Notes: generated from the letters alone by a model not told the origin. A stretch of 64,000 nt of DNA from an uncultured Lachnoclostridium sp. (GCA_964584255.1 CAZOZM010000001.1:147282-211281), one strand, 5' to 3'; counted from the stretch's first letter, positions 26,774 to 37,232 are shown. Program-made: numbers and translations.

Positions 26774-29413
26774 TTATGAAAGCTGTGAACTTAAAACTTC
26801 TGATGCTTTTGCCAATGCTTCTTCTATTCCTGCCGGATTCTTTCCTCCTGCCTGAGCCATGTTAGGACGACCACCACCGCCGCCGCCAACAATCGAAGAA
26901 ATCTCCTTAATAAGATTTCCGGCATGAGCCCCCTTCTTTACTGCTGCATCAGTAGCCATTGATACAAGATTTACCTTTCCTTCTACTGTTGAAACAAGAA
27001 GAATTGCACAGTCTCCAAGACTATCTTTAAGCTTATCGCCAAGAGTTCTCAAAGAATTCATGTCTGATTCTCCGATATTTGCAGTCAATACCTTAATTCC
27101 GTTAACTTCGATTGCTGAATTAAGTATATCTCCGGCCGAAGCTGCCGCAATCTTTGATTTAAGCTTTTCATTTTCAGACTGTAAAGCTTTTATTTCGTCA
27201 TGAAGTCCGGCAATTTTCTTTGAAAGACCGTCTATATCACATTTTGCAATCTTAGCTGCCTCGGCAAGTTTCTTTTCAAGTGCATTAAAGTATTCAAATA
27301 CATTATCACCTGTAATGGCCTCAATTCTTCTGACACCGGCGGCAATTCCCGACTCTGAAAGAATCTTGAAGAAACCTATGCTTGAAGTATTTTTAACATG
27401 TGTTCCACCACAGAATTCAATACTGAAATCAGCAATATTGACAACTCTTACCGTTTCACCGTACTTCTCACCGAAAAGTGCCATTGCTCCTGTTTTTCTT
27501 GCCTCATCAATAGACATTATCTTTGTAACAACTTCAAGACCTTCAGCAATCTTTTCATTTACAATCTTTTCAACTTCCGCAATTTCTTCCGAGGTCATTG
27601 CCTGGAAATGAGAGAAGTCAAATCTTAGTCTGTCATCTGAAACAAATGAACCATGCTGTTCTACATGTTCACCAAGAACAATTCTTAAAGCTTTCTGTAA
27701 AAGATGGGTCGCTGTGTGATTTTTACATGAAGCTGCTCTTACATTAGCATCTGCACACAGTTTTACTTTATCATTAATCTCGAAGCTTCCGGATGTAACG
27801 ACACCGACATGTCCTACTCGTCCACCTTTAAGCTTGATTACATCTTTTATTTCAAATGAAGCATCGCCCTTTGTAATAACACCCTTATCGGCATTCTGTC
27901 CGCCCATGGTAGCATAAAACGGAGTTTCATTTACAATGATGGTTCCGGTCTGACCCATTGTAAGCTCATTAACCAATTCTGTTTCAGTTGTCAGAACAGT
28001 TATAACGGATTCTGCTTCAAGCGATTCATATCCGACAAATTCTGATGTTATTGAAGTATCAATTTCATCATATACGGTAGCATCAGCTCCCATATAATTT
28101 GTTGTTTTTCTTGCATTTCTTGCCGTGATTCTCTGGTTTTCCATTGCTGCTTTGAACCCTTCTTCATCAACCGCAATACCCTTATCAGAGAGTATTTCTG
28201 TTGTAAGATCAATAGGGAATCCATATGTATCATAAAGCTTAAAAGCATCTTCACCTGAAAGAACCTTTTTATCAGACTTTAAAATCTGCTCTTCAAGTTC
28301 TGAAAGAATGTTCAGCCCCTGATCAATTGTTTTGTTGAACTTTTCTTCTTCCATGGTAAGAACATTAAGGATATGAGCTTTTTTCTCCTCAAGTTCAGGA
28401 TAACCGTCTTTGGATTCATCAATTACGGTCTGTGCAAGTTTTGCAAGGAACAAACCGTCAATTCCAAGAAGTCTGCCGTGTCTTGCAGCTCTTCTTAAAA
28501 GTCTTCTCATTACATATCCGCGGCCTTCATTAGATGGAAGGATTCCGTCACTTGCCATAAATGTAACTGAACGTATATGATCAGTGATTAATCTGATTGA
28601 TATGTCTTTTTTGTCATCTGTTTTGTATTCGGCATTACAGAGATTACATACAGCATCACGGATTGCCTTCATTGTATCAATATCAAATACAGAGTCAACA
28701 TCCTGACATACAACAGCCAAACGCTCAAGCCCCATACCGGTATCGATATTTTTATTCGCAAGTTCTGTATAACCACCATGTCCGTCGCCGTCAAACTGAG
28801 TAAATACATTGTTCCAGACTTCCATAAATCTGTCGCATTCACAACCCACCTTACAATCAGGCTTTCCACATCCGTATTTTTCACCTCTGTCGTAGTAAAT
28901 TTCAGAACATGGACCACATGGACCTGCACCATGTTCCCAGAAGTTATCTTCTTTTCCAAATCTGAATATTCTTTCAGCAGGAATTCCTTCCTGTTTATTC
29001 CATATTTCAAAGGCCTCATCATCATCAAGATAAATGGATGGATAAAGTCTGTTTTCATCGAGACCTATAACTTTTGTAAGGAACTCCCATGACCAGCTTA
29101 TCGCCTCTTTTTTGAAGTAGTCACCAAACGAAAAATTTCCGAGCATTTCAAAGAAAGTAAGGTGTCTTGCAGTTTTTCCAACATTCTCAATATCACCGGT
29201 TCTGATGCACTTCTGACAGGTTGTAACTCTTTTTCTTGGAGGAATCTCCTGCCCGGTAAAATAAGGCTTTAAAGGTGCCATACCGGCATTTATGAGCAAA
29301 AGACTCTTATCATTTTTCGGAACAAGTGAAAAGCTGTTCATTTTCAAATGGCCCTTGCTTTCGAAGAAATCCAGGTACATCCTTCTAAGCTCATTTTCTC
29401 CGTAGAATTTCAT
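26774..29413 (-). CDS. alaS: Alanine-tRNA ligase
   Basis: 879 aa; class II core (FFEMLGNFSFGDYFK), editing-domain HTATHLL, C-terminal GGGGGRP. Confidence 0.97.
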   Translation of the reverse strand: MKFYGENELRRMYLDFFESKGHLKMNSFSLVPKNDKSLLLINAGMAPLKPYFTGQEIPPRKRVTTCQKCIRTGDIENVGKTARHLTFFEMLGNFSFGDYFKKEAISWSWEFLTKVIGLDENRLYPSIYLDDDEAFEIWNKQEGIPAERIFRFGKEDNFWEHGAGPCGPCSEIYYDRGEKYGCGKPDCKVGCECDRFMEVWNNVFTQFDGDGHGGYTELANKNIDTGMGLERLAVVCQDVDSVFDIDTMKAIRDAVCNLCNAEYKTDDKKDISIRLITDHIRSVTFMASDGILPSNEGRGYVMRRLLRRAARHGRLLGIDGLFLAKLAQTVIDESKDGYPELEEKKAHILNVLTMEEEKFNKTIDQGLNILSELEEQILKSDKKVLSGEDAFKLYDTYGFPIDLTTEILSDKGIAVDEEGFKAAMENQRITARNARKTTNYMGADATVYDEIDTSITSEFVGYESLEAESVITVLTTETELVNELTMGQTGTIIVNETPFYATMGGQNADKGVITKGDASFEIKDVIKLKGGRVGHVGVVTSGSFEINDKVKLCADANVRAASCKNHTATHLLQKALRIVLGEHVEQHGSFVSDDRLRFDFSHFQAMTSEEIAEVEKIVNEKIAEGLEVVTKIMSIDEARKTGAMALFGEKYGETVRVVNIADFSIEFCGGTHVKNTSSIGFFKILSESGIAAGVRRIEAITGDNVFEYFNALEKKLAEAAKIAKCDIDGLSKKIAGLHDEIKALQSENEKLKSKIAAASAGDILNSAIEVNGIKVLTANIGESDMNSLRTLGDKLKDSLGDCAILLVSTVEGKVNLVSMATDAAVKKGAHAGNLIKEISSIVGGGGGGRPNMAQAGGKNPAGIEEALAKASEVLSSQLS

Positions 29414-29463
29414 AGAAACCTCCTAAGTATATATAAATATTGCTTCCTTTTGGGGAATAATTG

Positions 29464-29495
29464 AAAAAAAAACGGAAGCTATTAATAGCTTCCGT
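29464..29495 (-). terminator. Rho-independent terminator after tRNA-Glu
   Basis: 24-nt perfect palindrome ACGGAAGCTATTAATAGCTTCCGT followed by T9 on the minus strand. Confidence 0.7.
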
Positions 29496-29501
29496 ACCAA
29501 G

Positions 29502-29573
29502 CAGCTTGTAGGGGAATCGAACCCCTGTTTTCGCCGTGAGAGGGCGACGTCTTAGCCTCTTGACCAACAAGCC
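29502..29573 (-). tRNA. tRNA-Glu (anticodon CUC), no encoded CCA
   Basis: Manual cloverleaf: GGCTTGT TG GTC AAGAGGCTAA GAC G TCGCC CTCTCAC GGCGA AAAC AGGGG TTCGATT CCCCT ACAAGCT G. The T-loop is GTTCGATT, and position 1-72 is a G-U pair. Confidence 0.85.
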
Positions 29574-29591
29574 TTGCCTCAAACAAAAGGG

Positions 29592-29620
29592 AGTATACCA
29601 TAAGCATTTCGATAAATCAA
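29592..29620 (-). promoter_or_regulatory. Putative promoter of tRNA-Glu
   Basis: Minus strand reads TTGATT - 17 nt - TATACT, ending about 19 nt before the mature 5' end. Confidence 0.5.
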
Positions 29621-29690
29621 GTCTTTTTTTTACTTTTTTTCAATTTATTGAAATTTGAGGTATTCCCTCTGTTTTATAGAGGTTAACTTT

Positions 29691-32600
29691 TTACATTGAA
29701 GAGCCAAAAATATCAAACAGCGACAATTGTTCATCTTCCGGAAGATTATTTAACAGTCCAAGTCTGTTCATTGTTTCAACAACGGTTCCGGGTACTTTAC
29801 ACCTGTTCTTAAACTCATTTCTTGAAACAAACGGATTCTTAGCAGCTTCCGCAACTACAGCTTCCGCCGCCTTACCACCCATGCCGTCAATCGAATCGAG
29901 TGATGGCATCAGTTTACCATCAATGATTTTAAAACGCGACGAGCCTGCTCGGTAAATATCGATCGGTGTAAACTCAAATCCTCTTGCATACATTTCACGA
30001 ACAATAAACATATCATCAAGAAGACTGTTTTCTTTTGGAGTAGCCGTTTTGTTTTTTACCTTAATTTCTATTTCCTCAATATTTTTCTGTAATGCTTCAG
30101 CACCCAGTGCCATTCTTTCATAGTCAAAATCATCTGCTCGGATACTGAAATAAGCACAGTAATACTCAAGCGGATGATATACCTTACAGTAAGCAATTCG
30201 GAATGCCATCATTACATATGCACAGGCATGAGCTTTAGGGAACATGTACTTAATCTTCTTACAGGACCAGATATACCAGTCAGGTATATTGTTTGCAACC
30301 ATGGTCTCTTCCATATCATCAGTAAGTCCACGGCCTTTTCGTACACTTTCCATTATTTTGAAGGCTTTTCCTGCTTCTATTCCCTTATGAATCAGGAATG
30401 TCATAATATCATCTCGTGTACAAATCGCTGTGGACAACGTACATTTTCCTTCTTTTACAAGTTCCTGCGCGTTTCCAGTCCATACGTCAGTACCATGAGA
30501 AAGCCCTGATATTCTTATCATATCTGAAAACGACTGAGGTTTGGTTTCCTTAAGCATGTTCATAACAAAGTTTGTTCCAAGTTCAGGCAAACCAAGCGAA
30601 CCCAATTCACATCCTCCGATTTGCTCTTTGGTAATACCCAGTGGCTCACAGCTCAAGAACAGTTTCAAAACCTTTTTATCGTCCATAGGCCATAATTTTG
30701 CATCTTCACCGGTCAGATCTTCCAAAAATCTAATCATTGTAGGATCATCATGACCAAGAATATCGAGTTTTAAAAGGTTGTGATCGATACTGTGATAATC
30801 GAAGTGAGTTGTTGTGATATCACTTGTCATATCATTTGCAGGTCGCTGAACAGGAGTAAATGTATATATTTCCTCACCATGAGGTAATACAACAATTCCA
30901 CCCGGATGCTGACCTGTGGTTCTTCTTACACCCACACAGCCCTGAACTATTCTGTCAATTTCAGCATTTCTCTTTTCTATACCACGTTCTGCATAGTAAT
31001 TTTTTATAAAACCAAATGCCGTTTTATCCGCAAGTGTACCTATTGTTCCAGCCTTGAATGTGTGTCCTGTTCCGAAAATAACCTCCGTATATGCATGAGC
31101 CTTTGCCTGGTATTCTCCTGAAAAATTCAGATCAATATCCGGCTCTTTATCTCCGTTAAAACCGAGGAATGTTTCGAACGGTATATTCTGACCGTCTCTT
31201 TTCAATCTTTTGCCGCACACAGGACAATTCATGTCCGGAAGGTCAAATCCGGACAACTGTCTGTCCAAGGCATCCTTGATTATATCACTGTCAAAATCAC
31301 TGTAAAAACAACTGTCACAATAATAGTGAGGCGGTAAAGGATTAACTTCGGTAATACTCGACATTGTTGCGACAAATGAAGACCCTACCGATCCACGCGA
31401 GCCAACAAGATATCCGTCATCATTTGATTTCTTAACAAGTTTTTGAGCAATTATGTACATAACCGAATAACCATTGCTTATAATGGAATTCAGCTCCTTA
31501 TCTAGCCTTGTTTTAACAATTTCAGGAAGATTTTCTCCGTACATTGTCGATGCTTTTTTATAACACATGTCTCTCAAGTCCTGATCGGAATTCTCAATAA
31601 CCGGCGGACATTTGTCTGGTCTTACGGGAGCAATCTTTTCGATCATATCCGCAATCTTATTGGTGTTTGTTACAACAATTTCATTTGCTTTTTCTTCCCC
31701 AAGGTATCTGAATTCAGCAAGCATTTCTTCCGTTGTTCTGAAATACAGCGGAGGCTGCATGTCCGCATCGGCAAACCCTTTTCCTGCCATGATTATACGT
31801 CTGTATATTTCATCCTCAGGATTGAGAAAATGAACGTCGCATGTTGCAACACAGAGTTTATGATGCTTTTCAGCCAAATCAACCACCTGTTTATTAAGCA
31901 TCTGTAAATCCCTGTCCGACGTTATTTCCGGAAAACGCTGGTTGTCTCTTACCATGAAATAGTTATTTCCGGTAGGCTGAATCTCATAGTAATCATATAA
32001 TTCAGCTATTCTGTTTATTTCATCATCTGTCTTCTTTCCTAAAATTGCCCTGAACAGTTCTCCTGCTTCACAGGCTGACCCTATAAGAATTCCTTCCCTG
32101 TTTTTCTTTAAAACAGACTTTGGAATTTTAGGTCTCCTTCTAAAGTATTTTATATGAGACTCCGAAACAAGTTTATATAAATTTGATCTTCCCAAATCAT
32201 TTCGGCATAAAAGAATAATATGGAAATACTTTCTTTTTCTTACTTCCTCCTCGTAATCCTCAATACTCATTAAAGGATTTCCATTATCGTCTACCAGGTC
32301 ATCATCATCAACAAGATACCCTTCACAGCCGTATATAATTTTAAACTTTTTAAATCCTTCAGCTTTTTCAGGATCATTTGCAAAAGCTTTTCCATTCAAA
32401 GCATGTGAAGCTTCCGGGAAAGACTGAACAACTCCATGGTCCGTAATCGCAACTGCCGGATGCCCCCATTCAAATGCTCTTTTAACATAAGCGGTTGTAT
32501 TGGTAACTGCATCCATATCGCTCATCTGTGTATGCGCATGAAGTTCAACACGTTTGATTTCTGAATTGTCTTCCCTTATAACACGGAAGTCTTTTATCTT

Positions 32601-33584
32601 TTTCATTCCCTGAACATAACTGATCGTAAGTTCATTATCGAATTTATCAATACTGCAGCTACCCATCAACGATACAAATTTATTTACCTTAAGTTCATCT
32701 TTAAACTCTGAGAATTCTTCTTTATTGGAAAAGATTTTAACGCCAATGGTATCAGTAAAATCAGTAATGTTAAACATTACGATTATTCGTTCATTTTTTA
32801 TTTCCTTTGTTTCAATTGATGTTATCATTCCCTTTATGACAACATCCCTGAGTCCGTCACTCAACTCATTTATTGCAAAGAAATCACCGGCAAAACTTTT
32901 TCCATAAAAAATATCAGGATCTGCCGGTAACTTTTTCTTGTATTTATATTCCTTTGACTGAGACGACTGCTGATTTTTTTTTGCAGCCGTTTCAGGTTTC
33001 ACCAAATCTCTATGCTCGCCAATTGGTTCTCTCTTGAAATCGGAAGCATTATAAATCTCATATTCAGGCTCTTTATTTAGTAAAACACTGCTCTTATGGT
33101 ATTGAAAATCAACCACTGTTTTAATGCCGAACCACTCCTGCATTTTGCCCGTGACAGTCTTTGATATTGTCTCGGAAAGACTTTTTGTAAGAAAATCCTC
33201 CTCCAGACCAATGGTTATTCTGTTGTCGTTAAAATAATATTCTGCAGATGAAAAAATCAAACCGGCATATTTGGACTGTTTCTCAACCTCTGCAGCAAAC
33301 AGTCCCTGGTACTTATTAAACAGTTGTTCCATCGTAAGGGATTCATCGTAATCGTAAGACATTTCTATTCTTATCTGTCTGTCCGTTCCGACAAAATACT
33401 GCTTGTTGATATGTAATTCCAACATGTTGATGTATATCGGATGAATAGGTTCTTTCGAATGACAAACCGCTATAATTACAGGCTCTTCATTCGAGTATAC
33501 CATTTTTTCAAGTTCTACATCAGCAAACTGATTTGCACAGTCTTTTTTTAAACCTTTTAATTCAAAAGATTCTAGTATTTTCAC
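29691..33584 (-). CDS. polC: DNA polymerase III PolC-type alpha subunit lacking the exonuclease insertion
   Basis: GTG start. Colinear with Bacillus PolC as recalled: OB domain, PHP (ELHAHTQMSDMD, ITDHG), polymerase core (GYLVGSRGSVGSSFVA, PDIDLNFSGEYQ, TTGQHPGGI, LKLDILGHDDPT, KYMFPKAHA), C-terminal QLSLF clamp motif. No DxETTG, NxxFD or HxAxxD motifs. Confidence 0.95.
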   Translation of the reverse strand: MKILESFELKGLKKDCANQFADVELEKMVYSNEEPVIIAVCHSKEPIHPIYINMLELHINKQYFVGTDRQIRIEMSYDYDESLTMEQLFNKYQGLFAAEVEKQSKYAGLIFSSAEYYFNDNRITIGLEEDFLTKSLSETISKTVTGKMQEWFGIKTVVDFQYHKSSVLLNKEPEYEIYNASDFKREPIGEHRDLVKPETAAKKNQQSSQSKEYKYKKKLPADPDIFYGKSFAGDFFAINELSDGLRDVVIKGMITSIETKEIKNERIIVMFNITDFTDTIGVKIFSNKEEFSEFKDELKVNKFVSLMGSCSIDKFDNELTISYVQGMKKIKDFRVIREDNSEIKRVELHAHTQMSDMDAVTNTTAYVKRAFEWGHPAVAITDHGVVQSFPEASHALNGKAFANDPEKAEGFKKFKIIYGCEGYLVDDDDLVDDNGNPLMSIEDYEEEVRKRKYFHIILLCRNDLGRSNLYKLVSESHIKYFRRRPKIPKSVLKKNREGILIGSACEAGELFRAILGKKTDDEINRIAELYDYYEIQPTGNNYFMVRDNQRFPEITSDRDLQMLNKQVVDLAEKHHKLCVATCDVHFLNPEDEIYRRIIMAGKGFADADMQPPLYFRTTEEMLAEFRYLGEEKANEIVVTNTNKIADMIEKIAPVRPDKCPPVIENSDQDLRDMCYKKASTMYGENLPEIVKTRLDKELNSIISNGYSVMYIIAQKLVKKSNDDGYLVGSRGSVGSSFVATMSSITEVNPLPPHYYCDSCFYSDFDSDIIKDALDRQLSGFDLPDMNCPVCGKRLKRDGQNIPFETFLGFNGDKEPDIDLNFSGEYQAKAHAYTEVIFGTGHTFKAGTIGTLADKTAFGFIKNYYAERGIEKRNAEIDRIVQGCVGVRRTTGQHPGGIVVLPHGEEIYTFTPVQRPANDMTSDITTTHFDYHSIDHNLLKLDILGHDDPTMIRFLEDLTGEDAKLWPMDDKKVLKLFLSCEPLGITKEQIGGCELGSLGLPELGTNFVMNMLKETKPQSFSDMIRISGLSHGTDVWTGNAQELVKEGKCTLSTAICTRDDIMTFLIHKGIEAGKAFKIMESVRKGRGLTDDMEETMVANNIPDWYIWSCKKIKYMFPKAHACAYVMMAFRIAYCKVYHPLEYYCAYFSIRADDFDYERMALGAEALQKNIEEIEIKVKNKTATPKENSLLDDMFIVREMYARGFEFTPIDIYRAGSSRFKIIDGKLMPSLDSIDGMGGKAAEAVVAEAAKNPFVSRNEFKNRCKVPGTVVETMNRLGLLNNLPEDEQLSLFDIFGSSM

Positions 33585-33627
33585 ACTGTTTTCCTCTCAT
33601 ATCTGCTAATAATTGCCATTTACAAAA

Positions 33628-34689
33628 TTATATATCCTGAACCATCTTCTGAAGTTCTTCTTCAAATCTTGAAAGTAATTCATCTTCAGGAACCTTTGCA
33701 ATAATCTCACCTTTTTTAAAGACAAGACCCTCACCTTTTCCGCCCGCAATACCTAAATCGGCCTCTTTAGATTCTCCGGGACCATTAACCACACATCCCA
33801 TAACTGCAACCTTGAGCGGCGTGGAGTACTTTTCCGTAATCCTTGTAACCTTATCTGCAAGTTCAATAAGATTAATGGCTGTTCTTCCACATGTAGGGCA
33901 TGAAACAACTTCTATCCCTTCATTTCTCAATTTAAGACTCCTTAAAATGAGTTTGGCAGAACGTACCTCATTAACAGGATCATCCGTAAGTGAAACTCTT
34001 ATTGTATCTCCAATTCCCTGATATAAAATGTTTCCGAGTCCTACCGCCGACTTAATATTTCCAGCATACTGAGAACCTGATTCCGTTATTCCTACATGTA
34101 ACGGATACTTTGTTTCTTTTGCAATAAGTTCATGTGCTTTAATACACATCAGACAGTCAGACGACTTAATACTTATTACTATATTATCATATCCGGCTTC
34201 TTCTATTTTCCTTACCTGATTTAATGCACTCTCAACAAGACCTTCAGCCGTTACACCGCCGTTTTTCGCGATAATTTCCTTTTCAAGCGAACCACTGTTT
34301 ACACCGACCCTGATAGGTATATTTCTTTCTTTTGCTGTTTTAACCACAGCTCTTACCCTGTCAACACTTCCGATATTTCCCGGATTTATTCTGATTTTAT
34401 CTGCTCCGCTTTCCATTGCCATAATCGCAAGTCGGTAATCAAAATGAATATCAGCCACAAGAGGTATGCTTATTTCTTTTTTTATGCTTTTGATTGCATA
34501 GGCTGCCTCCGGCGTAGGAACTGCAACTCTTATAATGTCGCATCCGGCTGCCTCTAATTCCTTTATCTGTTTTACAGTTGCTTCAACATCCTCTGTTTTT
34601 TTATTACACATTGACTGTATCAAAATCGGATTACCACCACCGATAACCCTGTTTCCTATTTTGATTGCTTTTGTATTATCTCTGTACAT
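33628..34689 (-). CDS. ispG: 4-hydroxy-3-methylbut-2-enyl diphosphate synthase
   Basis: AGGAGG RBS before Met8; TIM-barrel N-domain; Cys ligands in SCPTCGR and MGCVVNGPGE. Confidence 0.95.
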   Translation of the reverse strand: MYRDNTKAIKIGNRVIGGGNPILIQSMCNKKTEDVEATVKQIKELEAAGCDIIRVAVPTPEAAYAIKSIKKEISIPLVADIHFDYRLAIMAMESGADKIRINPGNIGSVDRVRAVVKTAKERNIPIRVGVNSGSLEKEIIAKNGGVTAEGLVESALNQVRKIEEAGYDNIVISIKSSDCLMCIKAHELIAKETKYPLHVGITESGSQYAGNIKSAVGLGNILYQGIGDTIRVSLTDDPVNEVRSAKLILRSLKLRNEGIEVVSCPTCGRTAINLIELADKVTRITEKYSTPLKVAVMGCVVNGPGESKEADLGIAGGKGEGLVFKKGEIIAKVPEDELLSRFEEELQKMVQDI

Positions 34690-34751
34690 AGAAACCTCCT
34701 TTAAAAGCATGGTAACTCTTTAGACCCTACGGTTTTTACGTTTTTCATCCT

Positions 34752-36059
34752 CTAAAAAAATATATTCCTTATGTCGTTATAGAACAGGAATATCATCAAA
34801 ATCATAAGGAGCATGATTCCAATAAGATGCACCATGGCTTCTTTTTCCTTGTCTATTGGTTTTCCCCTAAAAACTTCAATAATCATGAATACAAGCCTTC
34901 CGCCATCTAAAGCAGGTATCGGCAGTAAATTCATCACACCAAGATTTGCACTGATAACTATTGCCCAATATATAAGGTTGAATGCCGCCAAGGAATTACT
35001 TATTTCACGACTTTCTTCAACACTATCACTTACTTCATCAACTACCCTTACAACTCCACCGACACTGTCTGAATTAACATGTCCTCCAAGCATATATAAG
35101 AGACTCTTTACCGTTGTCTTAATCCAATAATTCACTTCTGTAAAGCTGTACTTTATAACTTCTATCGGTGAACATTTTTCGCGTCCAACATTATAATAAA
35201 AATCGACAGAATATTGTGTTGACCATATCGGCGTCAGTGTTGTTTCACTTGATTTATTGTTGTGTATATAGGTGATGGTTATTGGAGCTTCAGACAAAGG
35301 ATTCTCATTAAAATATTTTTCAAGCTCCTCACCTGATTTTATTTCATTTCCATTTATCCCGGTTATAATATCACCGCTTTTTATTCCTGCCTTTGCTGCA
35401 GGATAGTCCTCCGTAACTGTTATTTCAGCTTCTGCTTCGGTAGATGAATACTGAATACCCATATAATACTTGGTATTTTTTACTGTAGGTACTGAAAGTG
35501 AAACTTTTTCATCATCTCTTATTACAAAAATATCAAGAGGTTCATCCGTGAGTTCATTGAAGTAGAAATAGTTATAGATATCTCTTCCAACAGATATTTT
35601 ACTTCCGTTTATCGAAGTAATTATATCTCCTTCCATAAGCTGTTCACTTTCCGGATTTTCAGCATTAACCTCTTCAACTCTCGCAGGGTCATATCCCATA
35701 AATCCGACTATTATTAATGCAAGCACAAAAGCAAGAATAAAATTAAATACCGGACCTGCAAGAACCACTGATATTCTCTGCCATACATTTTTAGAGTTAA
35801 AAGAGCCCTCAGCATCATCAGCCGTATCTTCTCCCTGCATCATACACGAACCACCAATTGGAAGGAGCTTTAATGAAAATCGGGTTCCTCCACGCTCACG
35901 AGAAAAAAGTGTAGGTCCCATTCCTACGGCAAATTCATTAACCTTTATGCCATTAATCTTTGCAAAGATAAAATGACCAAATTCATGAGCCACTACGATT
36001 ACACTTATAATAAGTAAAGAAATGATAATATATACCAACTTGCTCACATTAACCTCCAT
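34752..36059 (-). CDS. rseP: RIP metalloprotease RseP/RasP (M50 site-2 protease)
   Basis: HEFGHF zinc motif, PDZ region, NLLPIPALDGG. An alternative GTG start lies at 36047. Confidence 0.9.
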   Translation of the reverse strand: MEVNVSKLVYIIISLLIISVIVVAHEFGHFIFAKINGIKVNEFAVGMGPTLFSRERGGTRFSLKLLPIGGSCMMQGEDTADDAEGSFNSKNVWQRISVVLAGPVFNFILAFVLALIIVGFMGYDPARVEEVNAENPESEQLMEGDIITSINGSKISVGRDIYNYFYFNELTDEPLDIFVIRDDEKVSLSVPTVKNTKYYMGIQYSSTEAEAEITVTEDYPAAKAGIKSGDIITGINGNEIKSGEELEKYFNENPLSEAPITITYIHNNKSSETTLTPIWSTQYSVDFYYNVGREKCSPIEVIKYSFTEVNYWIKTTVKSLLYMLGGHVNSDSVGGVVRVVDEVSDSVEESREISNSLAAFNLIYWAIVISANLGVMNLLPIPALDGGRLVFMIIEVFRGKPIDKEKEAMVHLIGIMLLMILMIFLFYNDIRNIFF

Positions 36060-37232
36060 TTACGACAGTATATTATTCAAAAATGAATAAGTTTCCTTCT
36101 CTGTAGCAAGAATTGTTTCTAAATCAGGTGAATCATACCTCGTTATTTTATCCATTGCCATTTCAATATAATCACTTATATCCAAAAATCCAATCTTGTC
36201 ATGCAGAAATCTGTCAACAAGAAATTCATTTGCAGCATTGTATACAGTGGGAATATTTCCACCTTCGTCCATAGCACGTTCAGCAAGAGCGAGTCCTTTA
36301 AAATTTTCCTTATCAGGCTTTTCAAATGTCATCGTGGAAAGCTCATAAAAATCAAGCTTCTTAGCCTTCATTTCTATTCTTTCCGGATAAGTTAGTGCAT
36401 ACAGTATCGGTAACTTCATGTCCGGCAGCCCCATCTGACCAATTACTGCCCCATCGACAAATTCTACAGCTGAGTGAAGTATACTTTGAGGGTGGATTAC
36501 TACATCAATTTGATTCCTGCCGACTCCGAAAAGCCAACCGGCTTCCATCATTTCCAAGCCTTTATTAACCATTGTTGCAGAATCAATGGTTATTTTTTGG
36601 CCCATTGCCCAATTTGGATGCTTCAGTGCATCAAATCTTGTCTTTGTACGCATTTCTTCCCTGGTCATTCCCCTGAAAGGGCCACCTGATGCAGTGAGTA
36701 TTATTTTGTTTATTTGAGAATTCCCCTCACTTATGCTTCCCCCATACCTGATTCCCTGCAAGGATTGAAAAATAGCCGAATGTTCACTGTCAACAGGATA
36801 CATATTAACCTTCTTTTCCTTGATTAAAGGCATAATCAAATGGCCTGCAGTCACCAGTGTTTCCTTATTAGCCAGGGCTATATCTTTTCCGGCATTAATC
36901 GCTGCTATTGTCGGTTTTATACCAATCATACCGACTACTGCCGTAAGGACTACATCAACCGAATCCAGACATGCACATTCAATCAATCCGTTCATGCCGG
37001 CAACAACTATGGTATTTGTGTCCGCTATTCTGAGTTTTAATTCTTCTGCCGCCTTTTCATCATAAACACAAACCATTTCAGGTTTGAATTCTCTTACCTG
37101 TTTTTCAACCACATCAACATTTCTGTTTACTGCTAATGCCGATATATGAAACCTATCCGGGTTTTCTCTTACAATTTCAATTGTCTGGGTTCCTATCGAA
37201 CCCGTAGAACCAAGAATCGAGATGTTTTTCAT
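36060..37232 (-). CDS. dxr: 1-deoxy-D-xylulose 5-phosphate reductoisomerase
   Basis: GSTGSIG NADPH motif; LANKE; DSEHSAIFQ. Confidence 0.95.
   Translation of the reverse strand: MKNISILGSTGSIGTQTIEIVRENPDRFHISALAVNRNVDVVEKQVREFKPEMVCVYDEKAAEELKLRIADTNTIVVAGMNGLIECACLDSVDVVLTAVVGMIGIKPTIAAINAGKDIALANKETLVTAGHLIMPLIKEKKVNMYPVDSEHSAIFQSLQGIRYGGSISEGNSQINKIILTASGGPFRGMTREEMRTKTRFDALKHPNWAMGQKITIDSATMVNKGLEMMEAGWLFGVGRNQIDVVIHPQSILHSAVEFVDGAVIGQMGLPDMKLPILYALTYPERIEMKAKKLDFYELSTMTFEKPDKENFKGLALAERAMDEGGNIPTVYNAANEFLVDRFLHDKIGFLDISDYIEMAMDKITRYDSPDLETILATEKETYSFLNNILS

Noticed and set aside
29414-29500. T-box riboswitch upstream of alaS.
   Set aside because: Only about 50 nt are available between the tRNA terminator and the start codon. 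No specifier-loop or T-box sequence is visible.
29391-29582. 63-aa ORF in the track between alaS and polC.
   Set aside because: It overlaps the alaS start, and its body is the complement of a well-formed tRNA-Glu and its terminator. It is not coding.
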